A DNA stretch of 64,000 nt, from assembly GCF_033153115.1 (NCBI RefSeq), contig NW_026889764.1:14074001-14138000 (forward strand), written 5' to 3'. The position numbers were made by a program, and so were the translations under genes. The notes under the pieces are model-generated. The model worked only from the letters and a program-made list of their open reading frames with translations. It was not told the DNA's origin and ran no database searches. Of the stretch, positions 39,826 through 53,434 are shown piece after piece; position 1 is the stretch's first letter, and every line of letters starts with the position of its first letter. Source of the DNA: Saccostrea echinata (lineage: Eukaryota).

Positions 39826-40614
39826 AAGTATTACGAACGTATCCTCACACACGCCTGGAGCCCACTGTAGGCAAAAGGTCTTTTTGCACGTTATACATGC
39901 CCATTTTATTTCCCTTATTTGCTAATAGAAGATTTCTATATTATTTATTTGGTCGTTGCAACCATTAGGAAATGCAATACCTAGTTTCCCGATCGAGTAT
40001 TTTTCTCGTTGTCTATGTAATGGAACCCTTAAAGTAGGACTATTAGTGGGATGATCTATTTTTCCTCAAAATTCTAATCATCAGTGAAAGAATAGAATGC
40101 CTGAATCTGAATGGTCAGGCGAATTGAGAAATGTTTATAAAGATGCTGGTGATCCCAAGTATTTATTTCAAACGTATATGCCCCTATATTCTGTTATTAA
40201 GTAAACCTTTAATTTATTCCCCAAATATAAGTCAGTCTGCAGAGAGTACATATAATTCCGTCCAAATTAAAATTTTTACAAATAAAATTCACCCCCATAA
40301 AAGTGGATATTCTTATAAAAGTGCATTTCTGTGTGCTTTCTATATTACTATTTTTTTACTTAGGTCAGTTATGTTAGTTTTAGGATTGTTGTAAAATGTA
40401 CTTAATTCATTAAAATGTGTATAGGTAACGATCCTCTAATACAACTAATACAACTAATGTCCAAAATAACCCCGGGTTCAACCTCGATGAACAAAATATA
40501 TAGTCAATCCTACGATTCAATTTTCCGTACATTTATTACTTTGAACCGTTTAGTTTCTTAGTATGGAAGTAGTATGGAAGTATTGTTTATTTGTAAATTT
40601 TAAGTCAGTGGCCG

Positions 40615-41225
40615 AACCACAGAGTGTGACACATCTGTTTCATATTTGGATATTTTACTAGAAAAAAACGTTAATGGTAATCTAACAACCAAGCTTTATG
40701 AAAACCGTGATGACTTTAACTTTTTAATCGTCAACTTCCCTTACTTGTGCAGCAATATACCTTCATCACCTGCACACGGGATTTAAATCTCTAAGTTGAT
40801 TCGATATGCAGGAGCATTCTCTACGTATGAACAATTTCTAAAACGAAATAAGTTATTGATAAACAGTTGATGAATCAAGAATATCAGCAGTCTCGTTTAA
40901 AGTCGTTATTTCGTACGTTCTATAGTCGATATAATGACCTTGTTAGCAAATACAATTTATCATTAAGTCAAATGCAGACTGACGTTTTTCATACTTATTG
41001 TTAGGCCATTATTTACACCCTGAAATTGTCGACTTATTTTTCCGTTATTTCCAGATCATGACAAGGAGCACACGGCGGGTGTGACCGGTCGGCAGGGGAT
41101 GCTCACTCCTCCATGGCACCTCATCCCACCTCTGATGTTTTAGAGGTCCGTATTTACTCTGCTCCAAACTTTGTATTGTTTAATGGACATTTGAGCTTGA
41201 ATACTGTTCGTTTTCTCCATATATT
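40615..41225 (+). mobile_element. 5'-truncated Penelope-like (Naiad-type) copy
   Basis: Close reverse-complement match to 57390-58000 (SVSYLDILLEKNVNGNLTTKLY...) plus the complete 3' module. Confidence 0.9.
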
Positions 41226-44200
41226 TTATTGAAGTGGCCATTACTATAATCTTCGCCGGTGTTTTCAGTCAGTATACACTAATAAGGAAAATAAAATTAT
41301 TATAAACAAGCATTCTCCCAAGAGAATGATTTGTTCTTTTCATGATTCAATCAAGCTTTTAAGTCCGTAAAGAAGCACGTATTTTGCGTATTGTGCTCAC
41401 AAACAACACAATTACGTTGGATTTCGTATAATTTGATAGCAAAACTAAAACAAAAACTTATAGCAAATGGGGAACTTACATGTAAGTTTTTCTTTATGCG
41501 AATTTCATCTTGCATTTTGTTGATTGTATTATCTACTCTTATAGGGAAACGTTAACTGACAATCATCTTGTATATGTACTTTTATATATGTATATGTACT
41601 TATGTGCATCAACAGGCAAATTAATTTCCAAACATTGATTTAAACATTTATATTCCGTAGCAATTCATTTGATGTGAATTGTTTGCCTTCTTTATGATGT
41701 TGCAATCGCCTTGAAAATTGAACGTGCAAATTTTCATAATTTACTTTTTTGATTAACGTAGTAAATTATTTTATAGACAGGATTACAATGTAGATTTCAT
41801 TTTCGATTTGAATTTTGATGCATTCACATTTTGAATATTTTGATTGGAAATCTTTACAAAATGCACACCGTATAATATTGAAAACATAGTTTAATTACTA
41901 TTTAATTTAAAAGTATTATTTTATGTAAGTTTTATTTGTAATTGTGCATTGTTTTTATAGATCTGCTACCTACATGTATTTTAATCATGAAATGCTCATA
42001 TAAGAAATGTGGTTTCGAAGTATCTATTGAACTAACACAGTTGAGTATCAAATGTTGAAAACATTGAAGGAGTTTTGTTTGTGAATTCGAATTAAATCAA
42101 ATTTGAGTTGGTATTAATAAAATAGATTCTAAATTAACACAAAAGACTACAGTAACGTATAGGATTAAAATATTGATGTAAGTACATGTTGATTAATCAT
42201 ATGAGTAGTAAGTATATATAAAACTCAGAAAGACTGTTTTAAAAATATATACTGGCACTTAAAATGAATTACCATCGTAGGAATTGCTTTGATTTAATTT
42301 TATTTCGAATTTATAACAATATATTTAATTACAAATGTTATCCAAAGTATGATACACAAAAGTATATACATGTATAAACGTCAAGTATCTGCGCCCCCCC
42401 CCCCCTTTTAATGTCTTTCCATAATAACGGGGAAGATTTTCCACAGCTCTTTCCGATTGGCATATTAGAAGTTTAAGTATATTCACTGACTAACATCCCA
42501 GGTACAAAATGGGCCTTGAGGTTTTTACGCTCACTTCGAGCTCTTGAGGCAAAAGGGTACAATTCTCGTTCTAAGTGAAGTCAAAAACTATAGCATTTAA
42601 CGCGGCTAGTGACTATTCCTTTGCTAACTCTTCAACGTTAAAAGATAAAATCATTAATGTTTTTGATAATACCTTAAAAAAGGAGGTCGCGACATTGAAA
42701 CCATGCATACATCAAAATTGTGACACTTCACCTACAGCGGATAATTTCTTTATTTGGATGAAAAATTCTAAAATGTCGTGAAGCAACATTCAATTATCAA
42801 TCACATGTGACCTAAGGAAACTCTTCTTTCCCTTGGCATTTGAGTTTCTAAGACAGAAGTGCTGATCTTGTAGCTAATAATGCTACCAAAGATATGTGTT
42901 GCCTCCAGAAATCCTAATAGATTGAGTCCTCTCAACACTAACACAAAGTACTTGGATTTTATGTCACTCATACGGAAAAAATATGAGGGTCCTTCTGAAG
43001 GGTTGAGGTGAGAATTTCCATTATGAAACCATCCCATCAGTAATTCCCTATCTTTAAAAATTACATAGGTACCTATAGAAAAATAAGTTAATAAAATAAA
43101 ATAGCAGATGTATCTTCCCACTACATAAAGGTATCTTTTATCACTTCTAGTACTAACAGATACGCGGTATTCCTAAGGAATAAATACAAAAATTGTAGGA
43201 TAAATAAACTGAACTGCATGTATAATAATGATAATAATAAAATAATAATTATAATAAATAATGTAAATTTTTCACATGAGAATTTAAAAAAAAATATCCC
43301 TTTAATATCTAGCAGACAATTCAAAGAAAGTTGTTTTCACGTGTAATGTTTGCAACTTCCAGTCCTTCCAGTACTTACAATTTAGAGTTTTGGGTAAAAA
43401 GTCGACAATNNNNNNNNNNNNNNNNNNNNNNNNNNNNNNNNNNNNNNNNNNNNNNNNNNNNNNNNNNNNNNNNNNNNNNNNNNNNNNNNNNNNNNNNNNN
43501 NNNNNNNNNNNNNNNNNNNNNNNNNNNNNNNNNNNNNNNNNNNNNNNNNNNNNNATCTAACTGAAAGTTTATAAAATGAAATAATCTACATAATCTCGCA
43601 GCCTTCATTTTCATCTATTAGATTTTTCTGCAAATATCGTAAAAAATAAAGCGAAAAGTTTATATTTACTTCTCATAGCCACCTATATCCAACATCGTAA
43701 CCTAGTAATCAATTTTTATGTTTATAAGAAGTTTACATGTATATTTTAGTGTTTGTTAAAGGTGGTTATGACATGTGTAAGAGTTGCCTACCACACCCAC
43801 CCTCTTGAGTTTTCTCATTACCCTAATGCTGATAGGGACTGATAGTACATAACCTTGTGACCTTATCATATCAACTACTATAGCATCATTAACATTAATT
43901 TTATCATTAAATTTATCATTAAATTGGATCATTATCCTACTCATTCATGCAGTCTTTTAAGAAAAAAATACTACTTGAAAAATTGAATTAATTATAGGCC
44001 GGAAAACGTTGAAAGAAAATACAACAGTGTGTTATATGCGCTTATAATTCATTAAGGTACTTGATAGATGGTTTATTTTGAAGTGTAGTACTTCGTAATG
44101 ATTTGGGGTAATTTTCTTAACCCATGTGTATTTGTGATTAATTTTTTGTCTTCATCATGTCCAGAGAAAAAAGCAGTCAAGAAAAAGTAAGAACCTATAA

Positions 44201-44749
44201 AAGGGATGTTAAAATTAGAAACATGGACATTCAAAGGCGATGGCATTGAAAAAACCTTGCTCCCGAAATTTTACCTTTTAAATATTTACGTAATTGACAA
44301 CCTATTTATGTCAAAGTCACATGAAACTACTGAGAAATACAAAGTTTTATATCTTCTTTTGTAATGCAGGATTTTTATCAGATAAGAACAAATTGTTTGA
44401 TTTTTAGGGGGAGAATATATGATGGCGTCTTTGCAGCTAAATATGATGCATATGGAATGGATACCACAGATATATTTTCATATATTTACATTGATTTTTT
44501 TTCTCTGTGATAACTCTTTGAAAGTTAGGTGAATTGATTTCTTGATAATTCATTCAGAATATTAATTTCGCCAGGTGAGAGGTCAGGGGCCTTATATGCA
44601 TGTCAATCTGTTGCGGCTGAATTGTGGCTGATGTCAGTGAACGGGGACTATAGAAATTAACATGTGAGACCTCGTGTATTTTAAATCTATTAGACAGCAT
44701 TTTTTATTTGTATCTTCAATTTTATTTCACACATAAATGTAAATATAAC

Positions 44750-44906
44750 GAATTACTGTCTAGTTTGTTGGGTATGCCAGGGACATCAACGACAGTTGGA
44801 AACGTGGGATAATTTATGCACAACGAGCTTTGTTCGTTATGCAAATTATCCCAAGTTTCCAAATATCGCTGATGCCCTGGCATACCCGAAAAACTAGAGA
44901 GTGATT
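44750..44906. repeat. ~155-bp imperfect palindrome (foldback MITE)
   Basis: Arms ctagttt..gggtatgccaggg.catc..ttggaaac.tgggataattt / aaattatcccaagtttccaa..gatgccctggcataccc..aaactag. Confidence 0.85.
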
Positions 44907-45815
44907 CTTTAAATACATAATGAATTTGTTAATCCCACTCATTCATAATTCCTGGACTTTGAGAATTCTTAATCTTTAATACTGTAAAATAAGTAAATAT
45001 TGAGTGTGTGTTTGTTTGTTTGCCTTCGTTTAAAATATACTTAATACCCGTATGGGGTACAGAATAAAATTCAGAGGAGAAGATGGTAAAAACTAAGATT
45101 TTTTTTTTTTTTCAGAATAGATTGATCTCTTGATAATATACTAAAGTCTATCCTTGGGGCATTAGTCCAGATGTTCAAAATTTAATAAAAGCCATGCTAA
45201 ATAAATATTGAAAGTTATGCTAGAATCCTTATGTTTGTGTATCTCTATCTGACACATATCATTTACATCTAAACTTGGCTTTGTATTGTAACTAAATACA
45301 AGAGACGCAGATGCATGACAGATTGTTCGATATAATGATATTGCTGTATCTAAAATTTGACATTTTGGATACAATTAAAACGTCAAAGAAAGGTACCGCT
45401 TTTAAACTGATATGCTAAACTGAAATATAGTACCAGGAGTTTTTAGTAATTGAGTTCTATATATGAGACAATCAGTTTCTCTGAGACAAATCCTTAGCTG
45501 ACGTTGATTGGTAATCATGTTCTGCTTGCTGCTCTATCTGGTAAGACTACTCTTATTCAATTTTACGTCTTAAAGTCATACTGAGAATCAATTAAAGTTG
45601 TTGTTTCAATATTATAATATTACCTTAAAGCACATGTACAGTCTTTGACCATAATAGTCTTTAAAAATAATATTTTATCCATGGAACAAACAGTATCTGC
45701 AACCTTATTCTTGACAGTTCTATTTTTCCTATATCGTGCATGTATGCTATGACATTGTGTGTTTATTCTATAAGGTATCGTGTGTGTATCCTATGGTATC
45801 GTATGTTACATTTAC

Positions 45816-45929
45816 CAGAGGCATGTTCAACAGAGTGAACGTTCGCGAGCGCTCGCCAAAATTCCTTATCCCCCCCAACAGAAATGTTCGCGAGCGCTCG
45901 CAAACGTTCGCTCTGTGAACATGCATCTG
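45816..45929. repeat. ~114-bp palindromic MITE
   Basis: cagaggcatgttca.cagagtgaacgtt.gcgagcgctcgc ... gcgagcgctcgcaaacgttcgctctgtgaacatgcatctg. Confidence 0.85.
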
Positions 45930-47063
45930 CTTTTGCGTTTATCGTGTGCATTTGGAAGGTATCTTATTTTCTCATCCTTTTAACGAAAAGACGGAGGTAT
46001 TGCTATGTACATAAATTATGGATTTAAGAAAAGAAAAATGGAAATCAATAATGAAAAGAAGTCTAAGAAATGTGAAGATTTCATTGTAACGCATACGAAT
46101 AATCAGTATTTTGTACAAAGCATAAAGAATTATTTAATGAAAATACTTAAGTTAAAGTTTTGATAAATGATGGTTTAAAAATAAAATTTATCTGATATAT
46201 TAAAGTTCAATCATTATTTTGATGTTTTAATAGTAATATTCTTTACAGAAAAAAAAGTTGAAATAAGCATTGAAGAATTATTTTTGTTATGCCAAGCACT
46301 GTCTATATCATATGAATTATAAAATTTAAAACTTATTTCACGTTTAAATTAGTATCATGCATATTAAATGAGGAAAATAGGTTTTATTTACAACTTAATA
46401 TTTTAATTGTATCCATTTAAGAGCAAGATTACAACAACAGAAAAGGTTTACATGGTAATCACATTAGTCCATCTTTCAGACGTTTATTTTAAACAAATTA
46501 CGTAATATTCGTAATTTGACCAACCGTGGAACCGTTAGAGCGATCGCAGTTTAAGTTTTGTAATAATTAGAAAAATTCAGTTATACTCTCAAATCTCGCT
46601 TTGCATGTTTCTTATAACGTAAAAAGTAGCCTGCGACTACTGCGTCTGGCAATTTGTTTTTTTAAATGATATTTATGAGGAATAGAAATAATCTCAAACT
46701 TTGCACACTCCCCCGAATCGAGCTTCCAATCTTCTCTTTTTGTTTTCTACATGTAACCGTGATCTTTCATTCTCTAGGTGTTCAAGCCTTTAAGATACTA
46801 TCCATCAAAATGAGTACAATCCTTCAATTACAGATTTTTTTGGGGTGGGGGGTTGGTATTTTTTGTTTGTTTGTTTTTGTTTGTTCGTTTGTTTGTTTTG
46901 TGCTTTTTTGGGGGGGGGGGGGTTACTCTAGNNNNNNNNNNNNNNNNNNNNNNNNNNNNNNNNNNNNNNNNNNNNNNNNNNNNNNNNNNNNNNNNNNNNN
47001 NNNNNNNNNNNNNNNNNNNNNNNNNNNNNNNNNNNNNNNNNNNNNNNNNNNNNNNNNNNNNNN

Positions 47064-47704
47064 GTTCGCGATCTATCTCTATATTTAAAAAAACATAATT
47101 CAGATCAAAATGAAATTTGGCACACATATAGTTATACACATGTTCTATAAATAGCAGATGTTGAATAATGTTTTGCTCCGTGTTTGTGACGTCACAATGT
47201 GAAAATGACGTCAGTATGTAGGTCACTTGTGACAAAAAATGGTTGACTCAGTCGTACTCGAGAAACGAACGGCTGTAAAGTTTAACGTATATCTCGGAAA
47301 TTCCTTTACAGAAGAATATAATAATTTGTACAAGGTTTATGAAGACAAAAGACTTACCAGAAGTTCAATTATTAATTGGATTGAATGTTTTAATGAAGGC
47401 AGGGAGATTCCTCACCATGTGAGATTTGGCCATTTCTGACAGATGATATGTTCTTGTTATAAAGAATTACTTGCATGGTAAGAAATATAAGACTCGAAAA
47501 AATCTCTTAGCTTCTGTGAACAGACCGCTCCGAAGCATGTCACGTGACCGCCTGGATCACGTGATTTGCGCATGGGCAGAACAACGACAGATGTGCATTA
47601 AAATCGGAGAGTACTACTTTAAAAAATAATGAACACTGAAACCTCATTTTATTTCTTTTAAGGGAGTAATTCAATTAGTTCGCGAACTTTTTGATCGCCC
47701 CTCG
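47064..47704 (+). mobile_element. Internally deleted mariner element
   Basis: ORF 47239-47439 (EKRTAVKF...YKVYED..LTRSSIINW..F.EGRE) resembles the Mos1-type N-terminal HTH. Right TIR gttcgcgaactttttgatcgccctcg; the left TIR is mostly in the N gap (gttcgcga visible). Confidence 0.75.
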
Positions 47705-49250
47705 TTTATATTCCATTGTTAATTTTTTTAACGCTTTTTTTTTCAATTAAACAGAAATAAATCCGCTTTGTTTATTCAAGGAACTCGTTTTATTCTAGAA
47801 GTCTAATAAAAGGGTTAAAATTTTAATTTGGAAAATGGACTCGATCTGACCGCATAAGCAACATCTTTCGGTATATACCTATATTATGTCTTTTCTGTTT
47901 TCCTGAAATCACTAAATGTAGTTTATTTTTTTTTATATTTGCATGATGACATCAGCGTATCCATTCAGTAAATATAGTTAGCGTAGCTCATTCAAATATT
48001 AACACTGGTGTAAGCAATTAATTTCCGGAAGTCTGTGTTTCTACACAGACTGTTGTCGTAAAGCTACTTTTTGAATTGACATAATGATTTTTTTTTGTTT
48101 TCTTTACTTTTCTTCGACTAATGACTTTTTTGAAAATATTGAAGACTACTGTAGGTTTTCTGAAGCAAACGGTTACAGTGAAAAAAAACAACAACCGATG
48201 CGATTCTTAGCCTAGAAAATAAATTTTGTGTCAGTTTTAACCTAAAGGATAAGTGGACATGAATTATACATGTAAATATATAATCTATTTAAAACTTACT
48301 TCATTACTGTCTAACAATTTATTAATAATTGCAATTATTTATGGAATATAACTACTAGTGAAGCTCCAAAATGTTTCTATTAAATCTTGCCAGCAAGTTT
48401 AGCTTGGTCTTGAGGATCATTTGATTCTGAGGGCTGTTTTTGAAATTAATCTGACCTAAAAGAAGTTTAAAATAAAGAAGTTGTCCTCCACTGGCAAGAT
48501 TTCTTTTTAATCATTTATTTTAGTCAAAAGAAATTGAACAATTAAAAAAAACTGTTATCATCTGTATCTGGTAATCCTGTTATTATATATATGCTGTTGT
48601 ATGAAGGCTTGAAAATAAATAATCTGCCCCCCCCCCTCCCTCAAACCTCTCCCTCAGAATGAAATGGTCATCCTCTTAATTCATTCATACCCATTCTATT
48701 GGTTGAACATAAAAGAGATCTTTCAATGTNNNNNNNNNNNNNNNNNNNNNNNNNNNNNNNNNNNNNNNNNNNNNNNNNNNNNNNNNNNNNNNNNNNNNNN
48801 NNNNNNNNNNNNNNNNNNNNNNNNNNNNNNNNNNNNNNNNNNNNNNNNNNNNNNNNNNNNNNNNNATGTATTCCCTCTGGAAGTAATATGTTACCTATTG
48901 AGATAACAATTTATTCACAAGAGTATTGAATTGACAAGTAAGTTTTATTGATATTCCTTTAATATGTATAATATGTGTCAATTTGTTAAAAATAAATAAA
49001 AGGCTTAGCTCCAACTTATTCATACTTATTTTTTGTCTACAATTAAATTATGCATATCATATAAGAAATCTACAAACTGTAGCTTCTTTCACAAATGCTA
49101 TAAAAAAGACTTATTATAAAACTCCTAATAAGCTATCGTTGTCAAAATATTATTAACTGTCAATTTAGTAATAATGCTAGTAGTTAAAATGCTTAGACTA
49201 TTTCAACTTTGTGTGTTTCACTTAAGCTCGTTTAAGTATTTTGATTTATA

Positions 49251-50594
49251 CGAGGGTCGTTCAATAAATAATGCAAAAGGTCATCTAAAAATAGGAAAAG
49301 CATGTAAAGCAGATTCTTAATACTTCCAATCCCTCAAAAGATTCCCTGTTAACATGTACACATGCCTGAAGTCTTTGTACCCATGACCAGAAAACCTCAG
49401 CATACTCATCTTGAGGGATGCCTAAAGACACTGATGGATAGCACTTTCCATGATAAACCTGGAATTGTAAAATCTTTCTTTGTTTGCTTTCATATGTTTT
49501 TGGAAGAAAAATAACTCACAATGACTGAGATCTTGCTAATATGGGGGATGTCCAAGCTCTGTTAAATTTCCTTTCTTCAAAATTTTAATTATTTCTCTAT
49601 GCTTATTTGCAGCAGCGTTTTCAGGTACAGAAAAATACTAGTACTCCGGGGACCGGTATTTGGGCTTGCTTTGCAGAAAATCTGTCAAACTTTCCTGGAT
49701 GAAATTTTAACATAAAAGTTACCATTGATAGTCCTTCCTTTGGCTGTTTGTACATGTTTTACTGGACTTCTTGAATAAAAAGAAAATTAATAAAACATAT
49801 TTGGAGCCCTTGCTTCTCTTTGCAATAATAGGACATCTTTCTTTTTGATTCAACACTTTATTCTTGATCTTCCTTTTCGGCCATAAAAAGTACACCAATG
49901 CTTCCAATACATCCTTCACTCAAGTTTATCAAATCTTCGTCTTTGTAAAAATGTTTATTTTTAAATAGACCATTGACACATTTAACGTGTGTTTTCTCTT
50001 AGGTATTTGTAAAGAAATAAGGGACTCATCTGATAGAATTAATGTTAGATTTATTTCATTTATCACAACTCTGTAAACTGTTATGACGATGAATTGTTTT
50101 GTATTTTAGCAAAGTCTGTCAACGAAAATTTGGCATTTTCAGATATCATGTTGCCCACAGCATCCATATATTTGGTGCCCCTACAGATTTCGATCGACCA
50201 TTTTGACTGCGATCTTTTAATTGTACTTTTTTTCTTTTAAATTTCCGAATCCATCTGAAAACTATACAGCTTGAAAGACTAGTCTTTCCACATATCAAAA
50301 TCATATCTTCAATAAGGGTTATTCAGCTATTTATGTAATGAAGCAAAGTTTTCACACACGCCCTCATTTTCATCTCCTTGGCAGAGATCATTTTTTAATA
50401 GTTTTCAGCTCAGTGAAGTGACCATACTTACTTTTAAAGTTAATTCCTTTGCGACAACAATAGGAAGAAAGCTTGGGGTTTTCTGTGATTAGGAGTTCTT
50501 TAATAGAACTTTTCAAATGTTCAAAAATAAAATTAAATACTTCTACATTTATTATGATAAACTGTATGTTGCATTACTTATTGAATGACCCTCG
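49251..50594 (-). mobile_element. Full-length-sized degraded mariner transposon (1344 bp)
   Basis: TIRs cgagggtcgttcaataaataatgcaa / ttgcattacttattgaatgaccctcg with TA TSD. The minus strand at ~49520-49550 reads HPPY*QDLSHCE (mariner HPPYSPDLAPCD). Confidence 0.88.
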
Positions 50595-50639
50595 TATACA
50601 TGTATGTCATTTTAGTACAAGGTCCCAGTATATTGTCAA

Positions 50640-51570
50640 CTGATTAAGGGTCGGTTGCAGTGACGCCTTTGTCACGACGGGGAAGCTGGTTGCTTATAAG
50701 TTTCCGAAGGAGGCGGATATCGCTTCCTGCTGCATGATTTATATATGATTGTCCTTAGCGAAGTTTTCAAATACATCAATTTGGCATCTGTGGAATTCTC
50801 CTTTAGGACGTTAATAATCAAAATACGAATCATGCTGCAATCCACGTTGTCTGCCATCGGCTACCCAGATATTTCTCATTTTCCGTTCTCTATTGTTAGT
50901 TTCCTTTACTTCCTTTGTCCAGTAAGGCTTATTGTAAGGGTTAAATCTTATACCGGTACAGTTCCATAGCAGATGTAGTGAAAGATGTTTTGAATTAGTT
51001 TATTTCACTATTTGTTTGAGAAATAATGTTCCTAAATCTAGTCTCTCATTATTCTTCATGTAGTTCGTAGGAATCTAAGTCACTATCTTTCATTTTATGC
51101 CAGGTTTTCAAGTATATGTTGTTTGCTACGTACATTCAACACTGCTATTACAGGTAAATGATCCTCAGTACTCGATATAGAACCGTCATCAAGAATTTCA
51201 TAAGGCATTAGTGACATTCCCATGTATGCATCATCTAGAGTAGTTTGATTTGTAATAAAGGTACACAAATACTTAGCGGTACAAAAATGACCACTTGCAT
51301 ATGGGTTATGAAGGTTATTTTTTTTCTTTTACAAATTTTAACAATTCTATTGACTTTATAACCGCATCTAGAGCAATAATCATATGTTTCTTGTAGTTTT
51401 AATATTTCATGTTTGTAAATATCGATTGCATTTTCAGCTGGAAGGTACAAATCAACAATATATATTTTACACATATTGGTATTTTCTGTAGTAAATTTGT
51501 GAGACACATCACTGAGGCGATAACTCCCCTTGTATTCCAGCTCATTAGCCTCAATATCATTATAGAAATC
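50640..51570 (-). mobile_element. Degraded LINE (CR1/L2-like) AP-endonuclease fragments
   Basis: LRLMSWNTRG (APE start), IYIVDLYLP and STEDHLPV (SDH motif, ~51150-51175) occur in order on the minus strand. Confidence 0.6.
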
Positions 51571-51728
51571 AAAATAAACACACGATTCATAATCATAACT
51601 ATGTAATGCGTACAATCTACATACATGGCTTTTGTTGGAGGCATTAATGTAAGTAACCCTTGTGAGTATGTGAATTTATTCTAATGTTTTATAAGTCTTT
51701 CTGGTTCTCATTTCTATTTGTTATATTT

Positions 51729-51762
<34 letters not shown>

Positions 51763-52449
51763 TTTTCAGATATTCCTAGGAATATCAGATGGTTATCTTC
51801 ACACTGAGAGAACCTCCATTTGCACTAGAGAACAACGAAATTGTGCTCCTTATTGGAGACTGGATGGAAACAGAATTCACGATCCTCATATGCATGTTAA
51901 GAGGGTATGATTATAATAAATTCATTTCTTTTACCGTGATTTATGTGTGTGTCGAATTCCCTGAAATCTTCAATAAATTCCCTTTTTATTTCATTCAAAA
52001 TAAGAGATAAGATGGACAATGTTAGATTTGTTTGTCTTGTTAAATTGTAAATCCAATCTACAAAATTCATAATAAAACTTCTAAATGGAATTTATAAGAT
52101 AGACAGTTGCCAAAATGACTAAAATGTGAAAAAGGATTAAAACGAAAGAAAAACCTTTTACACTAGGTGTTTTGTTACATTGTAGATCGAAACGTTTTCT
52201 GTAACATTTCATTAAAGATAAAATTGATCTTCTGCGATTGAATGAAAGGAGGCTTAAAAGCAATTATGCAAGTGCTACAGTACTATGTGTTAAAAATTAT
52301 TTTAGTTGACTGTTAATTTAGAGGTTTTCAGTGAAAAAAAATATCTGCTTTCTGTAGTATTTCAAAAAATGGTTAATTGATTTTAATATTTTTTTATGAA
52401 ATGAACATTCTATTTTTTCTTACAATCTAAGTAAATCATATGACCAAGA

Positions 52450-52710
52450 GTGTAGTGGTTAGTACGTTTGCTCTCACGTCGGGAAGCAAGGATTAGATCC
52501 TTACATTGCAGGTTCGAATCTACTGTGTGACGTAGATACCGGTTCTTCAGATGGGACCGTATAAACTTGGGTCTCCTGTCGCAATAAGTTCTGGCACGAA
52601 AAAGATCCCTTAATGCTCAAAGGTCATAAGTGCTTTGAACAGGTCCCAGCAAGTGGTGTCGTCTCAAAATAAGTAGAAAATTCTCGAAGGGATGTTAAAC
52701 AGCAAACAAA
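52450..52710 (+). mobile_element. V-type tRNA SINE with 13-bp TSD
   Basis: Homologous to 29547-29845. The TSD catatgaccaaga is at 52437-52449 and 52711-52723. Confidence 0.88.
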
Positions 52711-53434
52711 CATATGACCAAGAAAAGGATCTTTTCTTCCATCGTTCATTATTGATGATTTTTGAAACCTATTATGCATCCTTTTTCAACTGTCTCCACC
52801 AATTTTAACCACATATGAAAATCAGAAAAACACATAGTTGTGACCAAACTATGTACCCCTTAGTTAAGAGTTAAGGGGTCTTCCATGTATACATTTTTCA
52901 TTATAAGAAGTAAAGGGTTCATAAAATGATACACGAAGCTGACCATGCAATGCCTTTCTGACACCGTCATGACCCAAAGTGACCACATAGCTTCTTCTCC
53001 TTATTTGAAATTATTTGGAAAGTGGAGGATTTATAAACCCCTAGGCACGTTAGGACAGAAATTAATCAACAAAAACACTCCTTTTACAAAATTTATTGCG
53101 TGGACCCTGAGATCCACGCAGAAAATGTATAAGCGGGGTTAAACTGGATGCCATGGGCTTACGTCAGGCTACGCATGCGCGAGAATGCTAGAGAGTTCGC
53201 CTCTAAGACAACTTGCCCTTAGAACAATTAGCCCTCTTCAAATTAGAATAGGCAAACCTCGCTCTAAAATCTGTATATCGTATTTATGTATTCTTTGGCG
53301 TAACCAAGATCCGAATTTCTTTTATACATATATCCGTATATACAAACTAAATTCTATGGTACAAGCATTTTAAATAAGTAGGAAGAACTTGTATAGATAG
53401 CTTAACAGCTTGGACATGTTGAATTAAAAACTTA

